Source: Candidatus Kerfeldbacteria bacterium
GTDB taxonomy: Bacteria > Patescibacteriota > Patescibacteriia > UBA9570 > XYC2-FULL-38-9
Length of the DNA stretch: 64,000 nucleotides
NCBI GenBank assembly: GCA_018500015.2
Contig: JAHBAR020000020.1
Span: 29,981-93,980, forward strand
Direction of reading: 5' to 3'
Position 1 is the stretch's first letter; each line of letters begins with the position of its first letter. The translations under genes were made by a program, and so were the position numbers. Positions 38,067 to 46,943 of this stretch are shown piece after piece. The notes under the pieces were generated by a model that saw only the letters and a list, made by a program, of their open reading frames with translations, was not told where the DNA came from and made no database searches.

Positions 38067-39122
38067 TTAAAACTGTGCCCGCTCAATAAGAAACAAGACG
38101 ATGCCGAGCACAGCACTTACTGCAGAGATAATCCAAAAACGCATGACGATCTTTGGCTCTTGCCAACCGATTGCCTCAAAATGATGGTGAATAGGTGTTG
38201 AGATAAACACCTTTTTTCCTTTGCGCAATTTTTTGGAGGTGATCTGAATAATGACAGAAACCGATTCTGCCACCAAAATGCTGCCAATAATTGGAAGAAG
38301 CCATACGGTGTTGGTAAGCATCGCTACCACGCCAAGCGTAACACCTAAAGACATTGATCCAGTGTCACCCATGTAGAAGCGTGCTGGATGGATGTTAAAC
38401 CACAAGAAAGCGAGAAGGCTGCCTGCGATGACTGCACAGAACGTTGCGAGGTCGTAGTGGCCTTGAATGTATGCAATCGCACCAAATGCTGCGAAGCTCG
38501 CGAGCAACACGCCGCCGGCCAAACCATCAAGTCCGTCGGTTTCGTTTACCGAAAACGATGTGGCCACAATAACGAATACAAAAATAGGAAATGTCCACCA
38601 GCCGATTTCAACATTGCCGTAAAATGGAATATCGATAATGGTCCATTGCAGCTTCACTGTAAACCAATAGGCCGCAATCAGCGCAATGATAGTAAAAAGT
38701 CCAAGACGCTCCATCATCTTCATTCCCCCGCCATTTTCACCGATACGTCGAATATTTAGAAAGTCATCGGCAAGCCCTACGAGCGCTGCAAGCACCAATG
38801 CGCCAAGCGGTAAAAGTGTTTCACTGCGCGATAAAAAACTTAAACTTGGCGGGACAATATTTGGCATGATCAACGGCAGAAGCGCAAATAATCCTGCAAG
38901 AAATGCTGTCGTACCCCAAATAAGCACACCGCCCATTGTTGGCGTACCTTGTTTGTGCGCGTGGAGTTTTGCGAAGACCGGTGTTTTGGAAAGATCGTCG
39001 CGGATATTTTTTCCTAAACGATAGCGATATAAAAAATGAGTAAGTACTGGGGTGCACGCAAACGCCAAAATAAATGAGGCGGAGGTCAGAAACAAAATTT
39101 TAACGACAGTAGTGGAGTCCAT
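38067..39122 (-). CDS. mraY: Phospho-N-acetylmuramoyl-pentapeptide transferase
   Basis: GTPTMGG, DDFLNI, NETDGLDGLA, MGDTGSMSLG, PIHHHFE. Confidence 0.92.
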   Translation of the reverse strand: MDSTTVVKILFLTSASFILAFACTPVLTHFLYRYRLGKNIRDDLSKTPVFAKLHAHKQGTPTMGGVLIWGTTAFLAGLFALLPLIMPNIVPPSLSFLSRSETLLPLGALVLAALVGLADDFLNIRRIGENGGGMKMMERLGLFTIIALIAAYWFTVKLQWTIIDIPFYGNVEIGWWTFPIFVFVIVATSFSVNETDGLDGLAGGVLLASFAAFGAIAYIQGHYDLATFCAVIAGSLLAFLWFNIHPARFYMGDTGSMSLGVTLGVVAMLTNTVWLLPIIGSILVAESVSVIIQITSKKLRKGKKVFISTPIHHHFEAIGWQEPKIVMRFWIISAVSAVLGIVLFLIERAQF

Positions 39123-39499
39123 CAGACTGATTGATTAATAATGACGAGTAAAATAGATTCAATAAACAACAACAGCTCACAACAGGCTGTGAGCATAAGA
39201 ACGGTCATACGCATGCGATAGAGGTGTGTCGCATAGGCCAGCGTAGTGTTGAGAGCTACAATGCCCAACCCTATACATGGGATCCACGCAGCGTCCCACA
39301 AGGAACCTGTCCTATCAATGCCAAAATAGACGGTATAATGAAGGAAAATCGTGGTTTGGTTTTTTGGTAATCCAAAATAGAGTGCACATGCTTGAGCCGC
39401 AACGAGAGCGATCGTGATAATAACAATAATCTGCGGCCAACGAATGCCAAATCGCAGACGAGAAAAACCTAACAGTACCGCCGACCAATTAAATTTCAT
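39122..39499 (-). CDS. Small hypothetical membrane protein
   Basis: 125 aa with 4 hydrophobic segments. Its stop overlaps the mraY start. Confidence 0.4.
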   Translation of the reverse strand: MKFNWSAVLLGFSRLRFGIRWPQIIVIITIALVAAQACALYFGLPKNQTTIFLHYTVYFGIDRTGSLWDAAWIPCIGLGIVALNTTLAYATHLYRMRMTVLMLTACCELLLFIESILLVIINQSV

Positions 39500-39578
39500 A
39501 AGTTATGTTGAAACTCCCTCAAAGATTACCTGAATTTTTGAATACATGCAATCCTAAAATATGGTAAAATATATGCTC

Positions 39579-39607
39579 TTGACTGGGGATCGGCTTAATG
39601 CTATATT
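39579..39607 (+). promoter_or_regulatory. Sigma70-type promoter for rpmA
   Basis: TTGACT, a 17-nt spacer, then TATATT, 33 nt upstream of the rpmA ATG. Confidence 0.55.
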
Positions 39608-39639
39608 CTCCGCTGGAAAACTTATTATCATTCATCCGT

Positions 39640-39912
39640 ATGGCACATACCAAGGCTGGTGGCTCGACCAATAATGGGCGCGATTCAGTATCAAAACGCT
39701 TAGGTGTCAAACGCTACGGCGGTCAAATCGTCAAAACTGGCAACATTCTTGTGCGCCAGCGCGGCGAGAAGATGATTGCAGGCGATGGCACTCGCATGGG
39801 CAAAGACAACACAATCTACGCGGTTCGCGACGGAGTTGTCTCGTTCATGAAAAAGAAGATCGTCCATTTCACAGGCCACTTCAAAAGTAAACAAGTCATC
39901 AGCGTGAAATAA
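39640..39912 (+). CDS. rpmA: 50S ribosomal protein L27
   Basis: Start at [31 protein letters not shown]. There is no rplU upstream. Confidence 0.92.
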   Translation: MAHTKAGGSTNNGRDSVSKRLGVKRYGGQIVKTGNILVRQRGEKMIAGDGTRMGKDNTIYAVRDGVVSFMKKKIVHFTGHFKSKQVISVK

Positions 39913-39933
39913 CGCCCTAGAACTTTTCAATCC

Positions 39934-39957
39934 AAACCGCTGTCATGGCGGTTTTTT
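39934..39957. terminator. Rho-independent terminator between convergent genes
   Basis: AAACCGC-TGTCATG-GCGGTTTTTT, 22 nt after the rpmA stop. Confidence 0.6.
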
Positions 39958-39959
39958 GA

Positions 39960-40754
39960 TTATGCTTGTTGTTTTTCAGCCAACTCCTCTTCGGTCCACA
40001 CAGGCAATCGCTCTGGATCGGAAATTTTTCGATCAATGCGAATATGTGGAGAGATTTCCACATATTGAGGTGAGAAAAAGTCCTGCTTTGGAACAAAGCG
40101 AGGATGCTTAAGCATACTCATGTCCGAAAGCACATCAATACCTTGTATATGTAGAGTGCGCTCCCAAGACTCAAGTAGATAAGAAAAAGATCGCGGAACT
40201 TGCGTTAGGAGCATGCCGCCGTCGGGATTAAGTCGCCGCCACATACGTTGAAGAAAGACAAAAAGAAAACGTGGGTCGTCTGAAAAGAGAGTCATGGGAC
40301 CATGTGGGCAGCACAAGATAAGATCAAATTTTTTTGAATCAGGAGCCTGTACATCAAGCCACCTATCAATTTCGCGCCATGCGGCTGCATGCGAAAGATC
40401 ACCTTCAAGAACAGAAATATGAGCAGCTACATACTCAGCGCGAATGCGTTCATTAGTATTATCACGAAGGCTTATTGCTAACCCAGCATCAGGCAAAAAC
40501 CCGGACAACGCATGCCCGTCGCTCATAAAATCGCCAATCACCACGGGCAGTCCTTTATTTTTGCGTTCCGATACAAAACGACGAATTCCGTCACGTTCAA
40601 AAAAAAGATTCTCAAACTCTCTTTCATAATCACTGCTTAGTCTACGATAAATATACCATCTTTTTGCACCCTCCCTAGTTTCCCCAAGTCGCATGTGACG
40701 CGACTCTCGCTGCATCTGCTCCAATGGGTGCCGCAAATCACGATGGTGTTTCAT
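39960..40754 (-). CDS. Hypothetical protein, possibly class-I SAM-methyltransferase-like
   Basis: Weak motifs only: VVIGDFMSDG, FDLILCCPHG, LNPDGGMLLTQVP. Start set at MKHHRDL because the longer tracked ORF overlaps the divergent DUF1801 gene. Confidence 0.35.
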   Translation of the reverse strand: MKHHRDLRHPLEQMQRESRHMRLGETREGAKRWYIYRRLSSDYEREFENLFFERDGIRRFVSERKNKGLPVVIGDFMSDGHALSGFLPDAGLAISLRDNTNERIRAEYVAAHISVLEGDLSHAAAWREIDRWLDVQAPDSKKFDLILCCPHGPMTLFSDDPRFLFVFLQRMWRRLNPDGGMLLTQVPRSFSYLLESWERTLHIQGIDVLSDMSMLKHPRFVPKQDFFSPQYVEISPHIRIDRKISDPERLPVWTEEELAEKQQA

Positions 40755-40778
40755 ACAGAAACATATTATACTGTGTAT

Positions 40779-41186
40779 ATGAAAATAACTGCAACAACGA
40801 TCGCAAAATACAATGCGATGCAAAAAGGCGATCTCAAAAAAGTGTGCGCGCTTTTGAAGAAAGAGTTTGACACAACACTCAAAAAAGCAGAAAGCAAAAT
40901 TTGGCACGGCAGCCCAGTGTGGTTTCTCGATGGCAATCCTGTCGCAGGCTACAGCATCCAAAAGCGCGGAGTGGTTGTGCTTTTTTGGAGCGGTCAGTCG
41001 TTCACGCACAAGGGCTTAGAGAAAGAAGGTTCGTTCAAAGCGGCACAGATTGCGTACACCTCCCCTGCCGATGTCAAACTCACCGATCTGCGCAAGTGGC
41101 TCCGCGAATGCAAAACGATTCAGTGGGACTACAAGAATATCGTAAAGAACCGCGGCAAGCTTCATAAGATCATCACAAAAAAATAA
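40779..41186 (+). CDS. DUF1801 (YdhG-like) domain protein
   Basis: MKITATTIAKYNAMQKGDLKKVCALLKKEFD...KIWHGSPVWFLDGNPVAGYS... Confidence 0.55.
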   Translation: MKITATTIAKYNAMQKGDLKKVCALLKKEFDTTLKKAESKIWHGSPVWFLDGNPVAGYSIQKRGVVVLFWSGQSFTHKGLEKEGSFKAAQIAYTSPADVKLTDLRKWLRECKTIQWDYKNIVKNRGKLHKIITKK

Positions 41187-41206
41187 CTTCCAATAGGAAG
41201 TTATTT
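41181..41206. terminator. Bidirectional hairpin terminator (copy 1 of a twin hairpin)
   Basis: AAATAACTTCC-AATA-GGAAGTTATTT flanked by A- and T-runs. Its arms contain the stop codons of both convergent genes. Confidence 0.6.
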
Positions 41207-42181
41207 TTTCAACAGCAACAAAATCAATCCAACAATTCGGTCTTTGTCTTGCGGATTACTTTCAGCAACAAAAACAGTAAGTGCCGTAAGTGCACTTGGC
41301 GTGATTGATTCTTTTTTGAGCATCTTTGCTTTATTCAAAAACCACACGAAGGCAAATGCACCCGAACGTTTATTGCCATCAACAAACGGATGATTTTTAA
41401 CGATGAAATATAACAAATGCGCTGCCTTTTCCTCGATAGACGCATACACATCCTTACCACCAAAACCTTGAAAAACATTTCCGACAATTCCAGAAAGAGC
41501 CTCGGAGGATCGTTCTTGAGCAAAGATTTCTGTTGCGGAACGTTCCTTGATTAACTGCGCTTTCATTTCAGCGATAGCGCGCGAAAGTTCATCAGCTGTG
41601 ATGCGGACATTTTTTTTCGTTGCGCCAGCGCGTGGCAACTCAGATCTATCGTACGCGTCCAAAGAAAGCCAAGTCGTGGAAAATAATTTCACAAGCTCGA
41701 GCACGCTTTGCGTATCCATTCTTCCCTCTTTTGGTAAAAGCTTTTGAACATCAGCAATAGCCTTTTCAAAAGATTTGTAATTACGAGCAATCTGCTTCGG
41801 GTTAATTGCAAATCCTTTTGTAATATAGGCATTCAATGTTTTGGTTGCCCACTTACGAAAATCAATAGCTCGAACAGAATTTACTCTGTATCCAACCGAA
41901 AGTATGACATCAAGATTATATCCTTGAACCATATATTCTTTTTTATCTTCGGCAGTATGTGCAAAAATTGCACATACTGAATGCGCGTCAAGTTCCTTGT
42001 CCTTAAAGATATTATTAATATGTTTTGTAACTACAGACCTTTCCACGTTAAACATTAAGGCAATCTGAGCCTGTGTAGCCCAAAAGGTATTTTTTTTAAT
42101 ATCCTTACGAAGTTCAATGGCTCCGTTTTTGCTTTGATAAATAGCTAACTGTTGTACCTCGTTTTTCTTTTTCATACACAA
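41201..42181 (-). CDS. RhuM-family N-terminal region fused to a Fic/Doc-type domain
   Basis: N-terminal AIYQSKNGAIELRKD...WATQAQIALMFNVERSVVTKHINNIF...GYNLDVILSVGYRVNS (RhuM-like). The C-terminal motif HPFVDGNKRSG matches HxFx(D/N)(A/G)NKR of Doc. Confidence 0.75.
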   Translation of the reverse strand: MCMKKKNEVQQLAIYQSKNGAIELRKDIKKNTFWATQAQIALMFNVERSVVTKHINNIFKDKELDAHSVCAIFAHTAEDKKEYMVQGYNLDVILSVGYRVNSVRAIDFRKWATKTLNAYITKGFAINPKQIARNYKSFEKAIADVQKLLPKEGRMDTQSVLELVKLFSTTWLSLDAYDRSELPRAGATKKNVRITADELSRAIAEMKAQLIKERSATEIFAQERSSEALSGIVGNVFQGFGGKDVYASIEEKAAHLLYFIVKNHPFVDGNKRSGAFAFVWFLNKAKMLKKESITPSALTALTVFVAESNPQDKDRIVGLILLLLKK

Positions 42182-42246
42182 AATTTACTTTTTAACGAGG
42201 ATGGTGTTAGACGTATTGTACCATAAAAACAGTGGCTCCGCGAGGC

Positions 42247-42280
42247 AAAAAAAATAACTCCGATGGGAGTTATTTTTTAT
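42247..42280. terminator. Bidirectional hairpin terminator (copy 2 of a twin hairpin)
   Basis: AAAAAAAATAACTCC-GATG-GGAGTTATTTTTT, just downstream of the Zn-ribbon gene stop. Confidence 0.6.
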
Positions 42281-42291
42281 TTTGCCCCTGG

Positions 42292-42534
42292 TTATTTTTT
42301 CCAGCGAGGGGCGAAGCGGATCATGAATGTGAAAAATTTTGCTTTGAGTGGGCTGATACCATCTTTGATCATGTTGTTGTAGCACATTGCTTGGAATTCT
42401 TTGAGCGACATGCCTTCGCCGTGAAGTTGTCCGTTACTGTAGCACTTGCTGCAATATTTTTCTGATTCGCGCTTGCCTGTGTCGTTCTTAAACGGCATCA
42501 TGCAGCTTTCACAGACTTGGTTCATAGTACTCAT
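42292..42534 (-). CDS. Putative zinc-ribbon protein (Zn_ribbon_2-like)
   Basis: CESCMMP...YCSKCY, followed by a helical tail. 80 aa. Confidence 0.55.
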   Translation of the reverse strand: MSTMNQVCESCMMPFKNDTGKRESEKYCSKCYSNGQLHGEGMSLKEFQAMCYNNMIKDGISPLKAKFFTFMIRFAPRWKK

Positions 42535-42565
42535 ATGTTATAAATTAAAAATAATACAGCTATAT

Positions 42566-42970
42566 TTACATCCTCGCAAAAAAGGTCGCGATCACACTTG
42601 CAGCGGCGATAACGAAGGTGCCCCATGCGAGGTCGATGAGTGTGATCGAAAGCGGCCAGTTTTTGAGTGTAGCGAAGTTGGTGAAATCGTACGCGCCATA
42701 GGCCAAGAATCCTAAGAGCGCACCACGCGTAAACGCCGCGAACAATGCAGCGCGCATCGTTGACTCTGCAACAGCGGGTTGCACCACAAAATATACAACG
42801 CCGGCTGCAAAGAGCGCATAAAAAATTGCTGCCGCTCCCCAGTTGACGCTCTCGCTCATTAAGTGTCCGATTTGCGCGCGGTACACTCCACGACTAGCTA
42901 TGCCAAGCCACACAGCATCGAGTGCAAGATAGCTGAGCAAAACGATAATGTATTGTGCGATGATGTTCAT
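42566..42970 (-). CDS. DUF2177-like membrane protein
   Basis: MNIIAQYIIVLLSYLALDAVWLGIASRGVYRAQIGHLM. 4 TM segments. Confidence 0.5.
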   Translation of the reverse strand: MNIIAQYIIVLLSYLALDAVWLGIASRGVYRAQIGHLMSESVNWGAAAIFYALFAAGVVYFVVQPAVAESTMRAALFAAFTRGALLGFLAYGAYDFTNFATLKNWPLSITLIDLAWGTFVIAAASVIATFFARM

Positions 42971-43017
42971 ATACTTTAAGTATACCAATTGACTTTCCAT
43001 TATGCGAGTCGTGTAAC

Positions 43018-43044
43018 AAAAAACTCCCGCCTTTTGAGCGAGAG
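43018..43044 (-). terminator. Rho-independent terminator after rplL
   Basis: Minus strand reads CTCTCGC-TCAAAAG-GCGGGAG followed by TTTTTT. Confidence 0.6.
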
Positions 43045-43062
43045 CTTCTGAATAGATACCTA

Positions 43063-43446
43063 TTATTTGAGAGTGACTTTTGCGCCAGCCTCTTCGAGCT
43101 TTGCTTTCATTTTGTCAGCATCCTCTTTCTTCACGTTCTCAGCAACTGCTGATGGAGCGCCGTCAACGAGAGCCTTAGCTTCCTTAAGACCAAGTTGAGT
43201 GAGTTCGCGTACAACTTTGATTGCACCGATCTTGTTTGCGCCTGCGTCTGTGAGTTCAACAGTGAATTCTGTTTTCTCTTCAGCTGGAGCTGCTGCACCT
43301 GCTGCTGGCATAGCACCCATCATCATAGGAGCTGCTGCTGATACGCCGAATTTTTCTTCGAGCACTTTGACGAGCTCAGAAAGATCGAGCACAGACATTT
43401 TTTCGATTTGTTCAACGAGTTGTTGAAACTTTTCTGGTACTTCCAT
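43063..43446 (-). CDS. rplL: 50S ribosomal protein L7/L12
   Basis: [19 protein letters not shown]...[27 protein letters not shown]...[13 protein letters not shown]. Confidence 0.95.
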   Translation of the reverse strand: MEVPEKFQQLVEQIEKMSVLDLSELVKVLEEKFGVSAAAPMMMGAMPAAGAAAPAEEKTEFTVELTDAGANKIGAIKVVRELTQLGLKEAKALVDGAPSAVAENVKKEDADKMKAKLEEAGAKVTLK

Positions 43447-43471
43447 AGGAATAGTTTAAAAGAATTGATAG

Positions 43472-43999
43472 TTAAGCTGATTTCTTTTCAGAAATTTGAC
43501 TGAGTGTTTGCACCAAGCCACGAATATTGCCATTGAGCACAGTAACGAAACCAGATAACGGAGCGTTGAGCGAGCCCAACATTTTCGCCAAGAGTTCTTG
43601 ACGTGATGGAATTGCGGAGAGCGCTGTCATCTGCTTTGCGTCGATGATTTTGCCTTCCAACACACCACCGTGGAAGCTCACGAGGTTTTGTTTCTTGCCG
43701 TACTCTGCAATGACTTTGGCTGCGGAGACTTCGTCGTTGTTTGAAAAGACGATGCCGACATCACCAGTGAAAGAGTTGATAGCTGCTTTATCGAGGCCAG
43801 CGTTCTCTGCCATGATGGCAATGAGCGTTTTCTTGGCAACGACGAGTTCACAGTTCTCAGCGCGCAATTTGCGACGAAGGTCTTGTGCGTCATTGACCTT
43901 GAGGCCAAGGTAATGAACGAACGCGACGCTTTTTGCTTTTGCGTATTTCTCCTGGAGTGTGGCAAGCTCAGCAGCTTTTTGACTACGAGTTTTTGCCAT
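43472..43999 (-). CDS. rplJ: 50S ribosomal protein L10
   Basis: Start at MAKTRSQKAAELATLQEKYAKAKSVAFVHYLGLKVNDAQDLRRKLR (43999). The upstream 47 aa of the tracked ORF is leader. Confidence 0.92.
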   Translation of the reverse strand: MAKTRSQKAAELATLQEKYAKAKSVAFVHYLGLKVNDAQDLRRKLRAENCELVVAKKTLIAIMAENAGLDKAAINSFTGDVGIVFSNNDEVSAAKVIAEYGKKQNLVSFHGGVLEGKIIDAKQMTALSAIPSRQELLAKMLGSLNAPLSGFVTVLNGNIRGLVQTLSQISEKKSA

Positions 44000-44142
44000 T
44001 ACAGTGAAATTAAAAATCTGCGTGTATATCGCAGAGTCCAAAAACATTCGCGCAGCATAGAAGCTACTGCAGCGAAATAGATTTTGGTATCTCTTAGAGG
44101 ATTTACGTAACTCTCGCCACACCTCTAGTCTACGATACAACG
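44000..44142 (-). promoter_or_regulatory. rplJ 5' leader with terminator-like hairpin (candidate L10-leader attenuator)
   Basis: This is an untranslated leader of about 140 nt between the promoter and the rplJ ATG. The minus strand at 44012-44035 reads TCTGCG-ATATACA-CGCAGA-TTTTT, ending 12 nt before the ATG. Confidence 0.5.
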
Positions 44143-44148
44143 GGTATG

Positions 44149-44177
44149 AATATATGAAAAAATCAGAATTATGTCAA
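44149..44177 (-). promoter_or_regulatory. Consensus sigma70 promoter for rplJ-rplL
   Basis: Minus strand reads TTGACA, a 17-nt spacer, then TATATT. The -35 box overlaps the stop codon of the upstream GT-C gene. Confidence 0.6.
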
Positions 44178-46285
44178 GAAGCGGGCAGTTGTACACACTT
44201 TTCAACAGAGTCAACCGGCTCACCAATTGGAATATCAACAAAAAGATCAGGTGAAATAGAACGAATATCAGAACGCACATACCGACAACTTGCAAATACT
44301 TTTGAAGAGGTAATAAAACGTTTTTCACCTTGTGTAACAACAAATAATTTGCTATCACCCTCTTTTTGAATAAGGAAGCTTTGCTTAAAGCTATCTGGGA
44401 AGCCAGCTTTCTTGAGTCGTTTGTTTATCTGCCGACGCAACACTTCTTCAGAGATAAATTGCGCCGTCTTATTGCTCATATCAAACCGGTACACCTCAAG
44501 CCCTGTGGAAGAGAGCTCGTCAACTGGACGAGCGACACTCAGCACATACTCTTTCACGGCGGGCTTTGCACGCGACAACTCCTTTGGCCATACAATCCAT
44601 CCTGAATGCCGTCTAAACAACAACGCCTCCATCTTTGCCGGTGTCTCCAACACTTTTGGCTTATTGCGATGCATATCGATAATGGTGTGCGCGGTGTCTT
44701 CACCCCAATAAAAATTGCGAAACGAAACAACCAGCAACGATTCATCGTCGCTCATGTGTTCACGCACATACGCATACGCCGTTTTGTAATCGATCGACTG
44801 AACACTATCAGCCACCGCAGCGTTAAACACGCTTACAGAGGGCACACGTGGGATAGACACCGGGACGCATAACAGCGCAACAACACATGCCCACGCGACT
44901 GTCGGCTGCAAACGCTTCATGTTCAAGCCGCGCACCAGATCACGCGCAGTGATAACGACAAAAGGGATAATCAACAGACTCACGAGGGCAAAATATCGAC
45001 GAGCAGGAAAGGAGCTGAGTACAAAAATATAAATCAAGAACAGTGAGGCAGATGTGCTCCCCATAAAACGCATGGTCATGCTTTTGCGAAACATACATAG
45101 TAGACCGATGACATACAGCGCAATAGCTAAACCAAAAATCGGAAAATCAAAAAAACCATAGAGCTCGTAAATAGGATTACGATACGCAACATGAATCACG
45201 CGCCACGGAATGTAGCGGTAAAACTGATCAACAACAAGCATCCCAACACTCAAGAGCAGCGCAGCAATCATAGCCCATGTCATAGGTGCAACAGACGGCG
45301 AAAAAAAGCTCCGGTGTTTTGCGTATTGCACAATCCACTCAACAATAACAAAAAGGAGGAACCCCGGTATGAATACCAAACAAATAATTTGCAGGTGCAT
45401 TGAGGCAATATAGAACGGAATGGTCACAAGGCTCCAGAAAAAAAACTTTCCGTGCTGGCGAAGAGTGTATGCACGGAATGCCAGATACACACATACCAGC
45501 GTTACACCAAAAATTAAAAAAAACGGTTCATACATGCGCGTTAGCGCTCCGAGTTGAATAAAGGTGTTTGAAAAGACCAGTGTGAATGCAACAAGTGCGG
45601 CTGTCACCCTATCCTTCAACCACGCACGCATAACCAGATACATACCAATCACCAACAAGATGAATGAAACAATTGCCGGCAAACGCGCACTCAGCTCAGA
45701 AATACCAAAAAGATTCATTGATTGCGCAATAATCCACGTATATCCCCATGCCCGAGTGTATTCCCACACCTGTCCATTGGCGCCCACAAACGGTTTACTT
45801 GTTGAAAAATCATAGTGTACAAACTCGCCGGTTTTTATATACCCTACTGCACTTTCAAATTGAAAAATTTCATCACCATCAATCGACATTGACCCGGCGT
45901 ACCATACGCTCATAATAGCAACGGCGATCAAAGCAATAATAATCAATGCGTCTTTCCACACTCGAGCGTCGGGTTGTTTTTTTTCGACTAACACCGGATC
46001 CTGCCTCATGAGCACAACAGCGGCAAGACAGACAGCACCAAGAACAAGAGGAAGACGCACATCAGAAAGGGAGAAACCGTCGATTTGTCCAAAGTGGAAT
46101 ACCCGCCCAACAATAAGAATACCGAGCGCGCCAATCAACACTTCGCGTGCATATGAACGATGACGTATTTTTTGAAGCACCCACAGCAATACTCCTGCGA
46201 TGAGGGCATATACACACAACGAAAAAAATGGATCGCCAAAAATGAGTGGGTTAATGTTCAGAAAATCATGGAACCACGCAAACAT
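44174..46285 (-). CDS. Large polytopic membrane protein, putative GT-C fold glycosyltransferase (ArnT/PMT-like)
   Basis: 703 aa. A multi-TM N-terminal region of about 480 aa carries an acidic first-loop motif, IDGDEIFQFESAVGY. A soluble C-terminal domain of about 200 aa follows. Confidence 0.5.
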   Translation of the reverse strand: MFAWFHDFLNINPLIFGDPFFSLCVYALIAGVLLWVLQKIRHRSYAREVLIGALGILIVGRVFHFGQIDGFSLSDVRLPLVLGAVCLAAVVLMRQDPVLVEKKQPDARVWKDALIIIALIAVAIMSVWYAGSMSIDGDEIFQFESAVGYIKTGEFVHYDFSTSKPFVGANGQVWEYTRAWGYTWIIAQSMNLFGISELSARLPAIVSFILLVIGMYLVMRAWLKDRVTAALVAFTLVFSNTFIQLGALTRMYEPFFLIFGVTLVCVYLAFRAYTLRQHGKFFFWSLVTIPFYIASMHLQIICLVFIPGFLLFVIVEWIVQYAKHRSFFSPSVAPMTWAMIAALLLSVGMLVVDQFYRYIPWRVIHVAYRNPIYELYGFFDFPIFGLAIALYVIGLLCMFRKSMTMRFMGSTSASLFLIYIFVLSSFPARRYFALVSLLIIPFVVITARDLVRGLNMKRLQPTVAWACVVALLCVPVSIPRVPSVSVFNAAVADSVQSIDYKTAYAYVREHMSDDESLLVVSFRNFYWGEDTAHTIIDMHRNKPKVLETPAKMEALLFRRHSGWIVWPKELSRAKPAVKEYVLSVARPVDELSSTGLEVYRFDMSNKTAQFISEEVLRRQINKRLKKAGFPDSFKQSFLIQKEGDSKLFVVTQGEKRFITSSKVFASCRYVRSDIRSISPDLFVDIPIGEPVDSVEKCVQLPAS

Positions 46286-46352
46286 ACTGCTACAGTATAA
46301 AAGCGATTACCGCTCTAGGCAACCGCTTCGCATTCATGATAGGATGCGACAT

Positions 46353-46937
46353 ATGAAAAAATGCTTTTTCTCAATATTACCTGCGCTTTTAATAGTGTTC
46401 GTTCCTGTAACCGCTTCAGCGCATATTGTTGCCAGCAACGATTTAACCAGCGGCTTCACTCACCCACTCTTTGGAATTGACCACCTTCTTGCTATGGTCG
46501 CGGTTGGAGTGCTTAGCATGCTGCTTGGAATTGCACGCGTATGGCAGCTGCCAGCCATCTTTGTCGGCTTCATGATCCTTGGTGGCATCACAGGCATCAA
46601 CGCACTTCCAATCATTGGCGTTGAACAGAGCATTGCGCTGTCAGTGATCTTCTTTGGCTTACTCATTGCCCGCTCTCAACATATGCCGTACGTACTCGCA
46701 CTCTGCACAACTGCGCTGTTTGGCTTTATGCACGGCTATGCACACGGAGCTGAAATGCCGATTGTCGCACAGCCGGTATTTTTTTCATTTGGTTTTGTGC
46801 TTTCAACATTGCTGCTGCACATCAGTGGCGTGCTGATTGGTAAAATGAGCTTGCGTTCACAAATCACACACACCATTCTTCGATTGGGCGGCGGGGGCAT
46901 GACGATTGCAGGCATGCTTTTTCTTTTTGCTCTATAA
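46353..46937 (+). CDS. hupE: HupE/UreJ-family nickel (cobalt) permease
   Basis: Start at MKKCFFSILPALLIVFVPVTASAHI (signal peptide). Signature HPLFGIDHLLAMVAVG, 6 TM segments. Confidence 0.75.
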   Translation: MKKCFFSILPALLIVFVPVTASAHIVASNDLTSGFTHPLFGIDHLLAMVAVGVLSMLLGIARVWQLPAIFVGFMILGGITGINALPIIGVEQSIALSVIFFGLLIARSQHMPYVLALCTTALFGFMHGYAHGAEMPIVAQPVFFSFGFVLSTLLLHISGVLIGKMSLRSQITHTILRLGGGGMTIAGMLFLFAL

Positions 46938-46943
46938 AAAAGA

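Noticed and set aside
40755-41009. Upstream extension of minus ORF 39960-41009 and of plus ORF 40695-41186
   Set aside because: The two extensions overlap each other on opposite strands. The internal starts at 40754 and 40779 remove the overlap and give sensible N-termini.
46286-46352. Possible nickel-responsive (NiCo-type) riboswitch or operator upstream of hupE
   Set aside because: The divergent intergenic region is only 67 nt. It is too short for the riboswitch, and no palindrome or repeat is visible.
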